DNA of 64,000 bases from a virus. The notes under the pieces are model-generated. The model was not told where the DNA came from and ran no database searches. It saw only the letters and a list, made by a program, of their open reading frames with translations. The position numbers and the translations under genes were made by a program. Shown here piece by piece: positions 57,774 through 64,000 of this stretch (positions are counted from its first letter, which is position 1; each line of letters opens with the position of its first letter). Location: the UHGV virus genome UHGV-0125821. The stretch is one strand, 5' to 3'.

Positions 57774-58423
57774 AGCGTAGAGCGCAAATTGTTGGAACTG
57801 TGCACCCGGCAGGGCTTATGCGTGCTCAAGTCCGTGTTTTACCTGACTGGAATGGCGTTCCTGATGACGATCTACCCTGGGCGGAATACCAGTTACCCAT
57901 CGGGAACGCTTTTGTACCTACAGTCAAAGGTGACCTGGTCTGGGTAGAGTTTCCTTATTTAGATGTTAACGGTCGAATAGACACCAGACGCCCAATGATA
58001 GTTGGTGCCGCTCAGGATGCACCGGGAGGAATTCCAAACGTTGCACCAGAAGCATCTGGCAAAGGCAACGGCTGGACGCCGCCGGAAGTAGATGGAGCAC
58101 CTCCCCGCCCCCAAATCTCAGCAACGAAAGACTTCGTTATTCACCGCAACAATATTCTTGAAGTACGAACTGCTGGTGGCGGCTATGAAATTGCCAATAC
58201 GGCAGCAGGCTCAAGGATTGGCATGAATGAGTCCGGGCAGATATATATCATTGGTCCGGCTGATGTAATCGTGAATGCAGGAGGGAGTGTTAACGTCAAA
58301 TCAGCCAACAACATCAATGTTAATGGGGAAAATATAGCTGTCACCGCTAACGGAGACATAGCTTTCAAGGCAGGAGGAACCTTTCAGGCCACTGCTGGCA
58401 ACTTCGATTTCAAGAAAGGATAG
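57770..58423 (+). CDS. Baseplate central spike-like protein (gpV/gp5-type OB fold plus beta-helix)
   Basis: N-terminal GTVHPAG...DLVWVEFPYLDVNGR...PMIVGA resembles P2 gpV/Mu gp45; C-terminal repeats (VNAGGSVNVKSANNINVNGENIAVTANGDIAF). Confidence 0.5.
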   Translation: MKRRAQIVGTVHPAGLMRAQVRVLPDWNGVPDDDLPWAEYQLPIGNAFVPTVKGDLVWVEFPYLDVNGRIDTRRPMIVGAAQDAPGGIPNVAPEASGKGNGWTPPEVDGAPPRPQISATKDFVIHRNNILEVRTAGGGYEIANTAAGSRIGMNESGQIYIIGPADVIVNAGGSVNVKSANNINVNGENIAVTANGDIAFKAGGTFQATAGNFDFKKG

Positions 58424-58437
58424 AAAATGCACCCATT

Positions 58438-58471
58438 TGTGTTAGATAATTAATATGTATTTTCTAACACA
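58438..58471. promoter_or_regulatory. Bivalent operator-like site immediately upstream of rdgC
   Basis: TGTGTTAGATAAT-TAATATGT-ATTTTCTAACACA: 13-bp arms matching 12/13 as an inverted repeat, 8-bp AT spacer; ends 12 nt before the ATG. Confidence 0.5.
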
Positions 58472-58482
58472 AATGGTGAGAC

Positions 58483-59388
58483 ATGAGATCAGTCGCTTTC
58501 AAAAATATCTTCATCTATCGTCTTTCACGCGAAGTTAGCTGGGATACTGCAGAAGTAAATGCAGCCCTTAGCAAGTTTGTGTTTACCCCATGCGGTTCTC
58601 AGGATATGGCTAAAGCTGGTTGGACCTCCGTTCTTGGTGACAACCTCACCCATGAATACCAGGGTTTTCTTCTGATACAGCATAAACGAGAGGAAAAAAT
58701 CCTACCCTCTCAAGTGCTCAAAGAAGAGTTACAGAAAAAAATCCTGACACTTGAAGAAGAGCAAGACAGAAAGCTGAAGAAGACTGAAAAAGATTCGCTG
58801 AAGGATGAAGTGCTTCACTCTCTGCTTCCTCGTGCTTTCACGAGAAAATCAGTCGCTAAAATCCTGATAGACCGAAGCAATCATCTGGTTTTTGTCGAGG
58901 CCAGCAGTGCTAAAAAAGCAGAGGATCAGCTGGCTTTGTTACGGAAATCGCTTGGCAGCTTGCCCGTTGTCCCCTTCTCTCCGAAAGACCCATTAGAACT
59001 GACCATCACTGGCTGGATTAAAAATGGCTTCCCGAACGGTTTCCGTGCCGGTGAGGAAGCGACCTTAAAAGCATTGCTTGATGATGGCGGCGCGGTCCGC
59101 TGCAAAAAAGTGGACCTGCTATCCGACGAGATCATGAGTCATATAGAAGCTGGTAAGGTTGCAACCACAGTTGCGGTTAACTGGCAAGACCGTGCATTTT
59201 TCAGACTGAATGACGATATGAGTATCAAGGCTTTGTCGTTCAGCGACGAATTGTACGACCAGAACGACGATATTGATCGAGAGGATGTTGCGCAACGATT
59301 TGACGCTGACTTTATCCTGTTTACTGCTGAATTATCCGCGATGTTCACTTCGCTGGTGGAGGCCGTTGGTGGTGAAGCTGAACGTTAA
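58483..59388 (+). CDS. rdgC: Recombination-associated protein RdgC homolog
   Basis: Aligns with E. coli RdgC over its length ([14 protein letters not shown]; [21 protein letters not shown]; [17 protein letters not shown]). Confidence 0.85.
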   Translation: MRSVAFKNIFIYRLSREVSWDTAEVNAALSKFVFTPCGSQDMAKAGWTSVLGDNLTHEYQGFLLIQHKREEKILPSQVLKEELQKKILTLEEEQDRKLKKTEKDSLKDEVLHSLLPRAFTRKSVAKILIDRSNHLVFVEASSAKKAEDQLALLRKSLGSLPVVPFSPKDPLELTITGWIKNGFPNGFRAGEEATLKALLDDGGAVRCKKVDLLSDEIMSHIEAGKVATTVAVNWQDRAFFRLNDDMSIKALSFSDELYDQNDDIDREDVAQRFDADFILFTAELSAMFTSLVEAVGGEAER

Positions 59389-59401
59389 CAATAGACCTCT
59401 G

Positions 59402-60052
59402 ATGGTGAGTCTTTGTGATTTCACGGGGAAAATGGTCGCCCCCTGGCTGGAGCATGGTATAGATGCTGTTATCGTCGATCCACAACACGCAGAGACCAGA
59501 GATGAGCTGATGCAATCAGGCGCAGTTCTGACACGTATCAGTGCGATTATCGATAGTGATGAAGTTTATGCTTTTCTCCGAAATAATTTACAACGTATTG
59601 TGTTTTTAGCTGGTTTTCCGCCGTGCACGGACCTTGCTGTTTCCGGTGCGCGCTGGTTTGCGCATAAGGCTGACAAAGATCCGTTTTTCCAGTTCAAAGC
59701 AATGCAGGTTGTCTGGCAGTGTTATGACATTGCAAAGATGATCGGTTGTCCGTACATGATTGAAAATCCGGTCAGCAAAATATCGACATTCTGGCGTAAG
59801 CCAGATCACATCTTTCACCCTTACTTCTTCACTGCATATTGTCAGGAAGATAACTACACCAAAAAAACATGCCTCTGGAGCGGCCAGGGCTTTGTCATGC
59901 CTGATGCCCTAATGGACGAATCATTAGGCAAGCCAGATAACAGAATCCATGCCGCGCCACCAGGGCCTGACAGGGCTAATTTTCGAAGTGCTACTCCACA
60001 TGGATTCGCAAAGGCAGTTTTCGAAGCGAATAAGGGGGTGCTCTATGAGTAA
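59402..60052 (+). CDS. C5-cytosine methyltransferase-like protein (short; motifs IV and VI only)
   Basis: AGFPPCTDLAVSGA (PCQ-like catalytic Cys) and MIENPVS (ENV-like); only about 216 aa with no obvious target-recognition domain. Confidence 0.45.
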   Translation: MVSLCDFTGKMVAPWLEHGIDAVIVDPQHAETRDELMQSGAVLTRISAIIDSDEVYAFLRNNLQRIVFLAGFPPCTDLAVSGARWFAHKADKDPFFQFKAMQVVWQCYDIAKMIGCPYMIENPVSKISTFWRKPDHIFHPYFFTAYCQEDNYTKKTCLWSGQGFVMPDALMDESLGKPDNRIHAAPPGPDRANFRSATPHGFAKAVFEANKGVLYE

Positions 60053-60950
60053 ATCTATAGCAAGCATAGCCATAGAAAAACAGGATACGATGGCTGAAAT
60101 TAGCTATATGCGCACCATTCGGACTCCGGATGAATATGAGCGTCCGATATTCAAATGGGTAGGTGGTAAATTCTCAGAATTGCCTACAGTGCTTGAGCAT
60201 CTACCACACGGTAAGCGGTTAATAGAACCATTCGTTGGTGGCGGTTCCGTATTTACGAATGCAGGATTTTGCCACAACCTGCTTAATGATATTAACGGTG
60301 ACCTGATTAACTTCTATCAGACATTGCAGCGAGAAGGACATTCGCTCGTCACGCTGTCATATAGTTTTTTCCAAAATTACAACAACGCTGACGCTTACCT
60401 CGAAGTGCGTGAGGCATTTAACAGAGGAAAGTATGACCAGCTACATCATGCTGCCGCCTTTTTGTACCTTAATCGGCACTGTTTTAATGGCGTAACGCGG
60501 TACAACCAAAATGGCGAGTTCAACGTGGGGTATGGCAAATACAAAGCGCCCTACTTCCCACATGCAGAGATGGAGGCATTTTTGGCTGATGACGTACTCA
60601 AAAACACGTCCTTTGTATCAGGTGACTTTGCTGGCGTCATCGAGGCGGCTGGTGAAGGCGATGTGATTTTTTGCGATCCGCCGTATGAACCGCTGCCGGA
60701 TACAGAAGGGTTTACCAGTTATTCAGGAAATAGCTTCCGTTTCGACGAACAGAAACGGCTGGTATCTCTATTGGTGGAAGCCCACCAGCGCGGCGCTAAG
60801 GTAGTGATAACAAATAGTGGTGCGCCAAACATCCGTGAACTATATGAAGGAAACGGGTTTAAAGTACATCATATGGCAGCCAGACGGTCGGTGTCCTGCA
60901 AGGCGTCAACACGTGTAGTTGCTAACGATATAATTGCAATAATGAAGTAA
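60045..60950 (+). CDS. N6-adenine DNA methyltransferase, Dam/DpnM family
   Basis: Motif I EPFVGGGSVF and motif IV FCDPPYEP; ATG at 60045 preceded by AAGGGGG and overlapping the upstream stop. Confidence 0.8.
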   Translation: MSKSIASIAIEKQDTMAEISYMRTIRTPDEYERPIFKWVGGKFSELPTVLEHLPHGKRLIEPFVGGGSVFTNAGFCHNLLNDINGDLINFYQTLQREGHSLVTLSYSFFQNYNNADAYLEVREAFNRGKYDQLHHAAAFLYLNRHCFNGVTRYNQNGEFNVGYGKYKAPYFPHAEMEAFLADDVLKNTSFVSGDFAGVIEAAGEGDVIFCDPPYEPLPDTEGFTSYSGNSFRFDEQKRLVSLLVEAHQRGAKVVITNSGAPNIRELYEGNGFKVHHMAARRSVSCKASTRVVANDIIAIMK

Positions 60951-60985
60951 AAAACGCCGCAGTAGCGGCGTTTACTTTTTTATGT
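60949..60985. terminator. Bidirectional Rho-independent terminator between the Dam-like gene and glnS
   Basis: AAAAACGCCGC-AGTA-GCGGCGTTT hairpin flanked by A-run and T-run. Confidence 0.75.
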
Positions 60986-60998
60986 GGCGAAATACCTA

Positions 60999-62660
60999 TT
61001 AACCTAACTTCGCCCAGGTATCACGCAGCCCAACGGTGCGGTTAAATACCGGTTTTTCCGCCGTAGAATGGCGGCTGTCGAGGCAGAAATAACCTTCACG
61101 CTCAAACTGGAATGCTTTACCCGCTACCGCTTCTTTCAGCGACGGTTCAGCAAAACCCTGTTTGATCACCAGCGATTCCGGGTTAATCACCGACAGGAAA
61201 TCATCCGCAGCACCTGGGTTCGGCACGCTGAACAGACGATCGTACAGGCGGATTTCAACCGGCAGCGCATGTGCCGCGCTCACCCAGTGAATAACGCCTT
61301 TCACTTTACGACCATCTGCCGGATCTTTGCTTAAGGTGTCGGCGTCATAAGTACAGAAGATGGTGGTGATATTGCCTTCGGCATCTTTCTCCACGCGTTC
61401 AGCCTTAATGACGTAAGCATTACGCAGACGCACTTCTTTACCCAGCACCAGACGTTTGTACTGCTTGTTAGCTTCTTCGCGGAAATCGGCGCGGTCGATC
61501 CAAATCTCACCGCTAAACGGCACCTGACGGCTACCCATTTCCGGTTTGTTCGGATGGTTCGGCATGGTGACCATTTCGCCTTCGCCCTGGTAGTTTTCGA
61601 TAACCAGTTTCACCGGATCGATAACCGCCATTGCGCGCGGCGCATTTTCGTTGAGATCTTCACGGATGCAGGATTCCAGCGACGCCATCTCAATGGTGTT
61701 GTCCTGCTTGGTCACGCCGATGCGTTTGCAGAACTCACGAATAGAAGCCGCAGTGTAACCACGACGACGCAGACCGGAAATGGTCGGCATACGCGGGTCA
61801 TCCCAGCCTTCAACGTGCTTGTCGGTCACCAGCAGGTTCAGCTTACGCTTGGACATCACGGTGTATTCCAGATTCAGGCGCGAGAATTCGTACTGGCGCG
61901 GGTGAACAGGAATGGTGATGTTGTCCAGCACCCAGTCGTACAGGCGACGGTTGTCCTGGAACTCAAGCGTACACAGAGAGTGCGTAATACCTTCCAGCGC
62001 ATCGCTGATGCAATGGGTGAAGTCGTACATCGGGTAGATGCACCACTTGTTGCCAGTCTGGTGGTGTTCAGCAAATTTAATGCGGTACAGCACCGGATCG
62101 CGCATTACGATAAATGGCGACGCCATGTCGATTTTCGCACGCAGGCAGGCTTTACCTTCTTCAAAACCACCGGTACGCATTTTTTCGAACAGCGCCAGGT
62201 TCTCTTCAACGCTGCGGTCGCGGTACGGGCTGTTTTTACCCGGCTGCGTCAGGGTGCCGCGGTATTCGCGGATCTGTTCCGGCGTCAGTTCATCAACGTA
62301 CGCCAGGCCTTTATTGATCAGTTCGATCGCATAGGCGTGGAGCTGATCAAAATAATCGGAGGAGTAACGGACGTTACCAGACCAGTGAAAACCTAACCAC
62401 TCAACGTCGTTTTTGATCGACTCAACATACTCGATATCTTCTTTTACCGGGTTAGTGTCGTCGAAACGCAGGTTGCACTGGCCTTTATAGTCCTGGGCGA
62501 TCCCGAAGTTCAGGCAGATAGATTTCGCATGACCAATATGCAGATAGCCATTCGGTTCCGGCGGGAAACGGGTATGTACTGTGGTGTGCTTACCACTGGC
62601 CAGATCTTCATCGATGATCTGACGAATAAAGTTAGTCGGGCGGGCTTCTGCCTCACTCAT
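60999..62660 (-). CDS. glnS: Glutaminyl-tRNA synthetase
   Basis: 553-aa product essentially identical to E. coli GlnS as I recall it ([18 protein letters not shown] motif; VMSKR KMSKS motif). Confidence 0.95.
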   Translation of the reverse strand: MSEAEARPTNFIRQIIDEDLASGKHTTVHTRFPPEPNGYLHIGHAKSICLNFGIAQDYKGQCNLRFDDTNPVKEDIEYVESIKNDVEWLGFHWSGNVRYSSDYFDQLHAYAIELINKGLAYVDELTPEQIREYRGTLTQPGKNSPYRDRSVEENLALFEKMRTGGFEEGKACLRAKIDMASPFIVMRDPVLYRIKFAEHHQTGNKWCIYPMYDFTHCISDALEGITHSLCTLEFQDNRRLYDWVLDNITIPVHPRQYEFSRLNLEYTVMSKRKLNLLVTDKHVEGWDDPRMPTISGLRRRGYTAASIREFCKRIGVTKQDNTIEMASLESCIREDLNENAPRAMAVIDPVKLVIENYQGEGEMVTMPNHPNKPEMGSRQVPFSGEIWIDRADFREEANKQYKRLVLGKEVRLRNAYVIKAERVEKDAEGNITTIFCTYDADTLSKDPADGRKVKGVIHWVSAAHALPVEIRLYDRLFSVPNPGAADDFLSVINPESLVIKQGFAEPSLKEAVAGKAFQFEREGYFCLDSRHSTAEKPVFNRTVGLRDTWAKLG

Positions 62661-62847
62661 TGTGGATTCCTCAAAGCGTAAACTACGTATAACAGCGTAT
62701 GATCTTATAAGCCGAATAGGCTGACAACCACTAGTTGATTAGAAATTGCTTTCTATCGTTATTTCAATAATGAGCTTTTTCATGAAGCCCACTTTTGCGC
62801 ATAAGTAAATTAATGACAAATGGTACACAATTGGAACCAAAAAGGAT

Positions 62848-62895
62848 GTAAAGGTGCACCAAATTAGTGGTGTATTGGTGCACCTTTGGTTCAAG
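62848..62895 (-). terminator. Perfect 11-bp inverted repeat (AAAGGTGCACC...GGTGCACCTTT): putative par-operon terminator or operator
   Basis: 16-nt loop; on the minus strand it is followed by TTTTT. Confidence 0.4.
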
Positions 62896-62928
62896 ACTTT
62901 TTAAGTTCTAAAACCAACCTGAAAGACT

Positions 62929-63216
62929 TTATTTTGCTTCCTCAGACTCCGCTAACATGAGGATAGCATGGCGGATCATATTCAATTTGCTGCGATTATG
63001 CTTTTTACTTAACGCATCAAGTACCTGGTACTCGTATTCATTGAAACCAACACGAATAGATTTAAAATCACGTGGAGCGTCCTTATCGAGCACTTTGTTG
63101 TCTTCTGGTTGCTCACCTGGCACCAAATCAGCCTTACTGGCAAAATCCTCAATTCGGCGTTCAAGATCGGGGTCTTTTACTTCGGGGGCTTTTACCGATT
63201 TACGAGGCTTAATCAC
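62929..63216 (-). CDS. ParG/ParB-like ribbon-helix-helix centromere-binding protein
   Basis: 95 aa; C-terminal RHH-like KSIRVGFNEYEYQVLDALSKKHNRSKLNMIRHAIL; start overlaps the parA stop. Confidence 0.6.
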   Translation of the reverse strand: MIKPRKSVKAPEVKDPDLERRIEDFASKADLVPGEQPEDNKVLDKDAPRDFKSIRVGFNEYEYQVLDALSKKHNRSKLNMIRHAILMLAESEEAK

Positions 63217-63850
63217 TTAATAACTCCTTAACCAACATCTGGATTTCACCTTTAGCTTTCCCGTTGTCCATCTCAACAACGCCCTTCCCTTCAGCCATGC
63301 AATCGCGGTAAACCTTACGATCACGAATGATGGTTTTCAGCAACTTCAGTTGCGGATATTCAGCCAGGTACTCTTTGGCCTCATTGGTTTCATTCACAAC
63401 CGGATTGGATGGGGCCATTGTTAAGACTGCGAACGCCTTAATGCTAGGATTAGGCATCAGGTCCAAAGCCTCTTCAAACACTTCAACAAAGTGTGCCAGC
63501 GTGTCTAAATCTGGTTGAGATGGTCTGAATGGGACCAACACAATATCTGCAGCGGTTATGCCTGTACGCATCTCTTTGCTATCGCGCCCGGCTGTATCAA
63601 CAACTACAAATTCATAACGCTTATCCAGATCGAGAAGTGTTTCTCGAATATTACCAAACTTCTGGACACAATGAATAACAGGAGAAACCTCTGCCGTGTT
63701 ACGGTCAGCTGCCCAGCGGGCAGCTGTTCCTTGCTTGTCTGCATCTAGTAACACTACATCCTTATTTGCGCGGGCAAGCTCCGCACAGATGTTTACGCTT
63801 GTGGTTGATTTTCCACAGCCACCTTTTTGGCTGACTACCAATATAATCAT
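63209..63850 (-). CDS. parA: ParA/ParF-type small partition ATPase (type Ib)
   Basis: Deviant Walker A KGGCGKST near the N-terminus; start at 63850 (MIILVVSQ) with GAGGA upstream; the track start at 63880 is less likely. Confidence 0.8.
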   Translation of the reverse strand: MIILVVSQKGGCGKSTTSVNICAELARANKDVVLLDADKQGTAARWAADRNTAEVSPVIHCVQKFGNIRETLLDLDKRYEFVVVDTAGRDSKEMRTGITAADIVLVPFRPSQPDLDTLAHFVEVFEEALDLMPNPSIKAFAVLTMAPSNPVVNETNEAKEYLAEYPQLKLLKTIIRDRKVYRDCMAEGKGVVEMDNGKAKGEIQMLVKELLSD

Positions 63851-64000
63851 ATCCGTTCCTCGGTGTGATTTTGGTATCAAAACGGTTCCAGATAAGAGCC
63901 TTTTTGATGCGGGACAGGCTCTATAATGGAGTCATGAATGTTTGGCAAAGTATAACATCAATCAGACCAAATACACCTTATATTGCATCCTATTTAACAC

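Noticed and set aside
61554-62396. 280-aa plus-strand ORF antisense to glnS
   Set aside because: It lies entirely within a highly conserved aaRS gene; its translation is low-complexity and Arg/Val/His-rich, typical of an antisense frame.
1-64000. Integrase, attachment site, transposase or IS element marking a chromosomal island
   Set aside because: None seen; the Cin, Dre and ParA/RHH genes point to a plasmid-prophage lifestyle instead.

Overview
The window reads as a mosaic P1-family phage-plasmid segment, most likely D6-like, because it carries a Cre-family recombinase next to a 32-bp site that matches the rox sequence as I recall it. All calls are from reading the sequence and ORF track by eye; no searches were run. 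Left to right: the edge of an invertible segment (cix-like site plus cin invertase); a divergent late operon (holin-like and DarA-position genes); an ImmI-like module (c4-like antisense RNA, icd-like ORF, Rha-family antirepressor); a 2278-aa DarB-like methyltransferase-helicase; an ORF-poor structured-RNA region with tRNA-Asn, tRNA-Thr, a tRNA-Ser-like gene and tRNA-Ile(CAU); an SPFH lipoprotein; lpa-like/pacA/pacB terminase genes; a c1-position gene, rox and dre; dUTPase; phd-doc and humD; a lambdoid-like early block on the minus strand; ref; a second c4/icd-like module; AT-rich cargo; higBA; a baseplate spike-like gene; rdgC; two adjacent methyltransferase genes; a host-like glnS; and a ParA/RHH partition cassette. 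A 15-17 bp asymmetric motif (TTAGTTTTCTAACAT and bivalent inverted pairs) recurs at least 13 times in intergenic regions and looks like the operator set of a C1-type repressor. No rRNA, CRISPR array, integrase or transposase was seen. The most unusual observations are three hairpins with an invariant AGGCA loop and covarying stems, two DUF2829 (Tad2-like) ORFs, a standalone ClpX zinc-finger-like protein, the duplicated c4/icd module, the AT-rich cargo islets and the embedded glnS. I could not single out one definite novel system; these are candidates.
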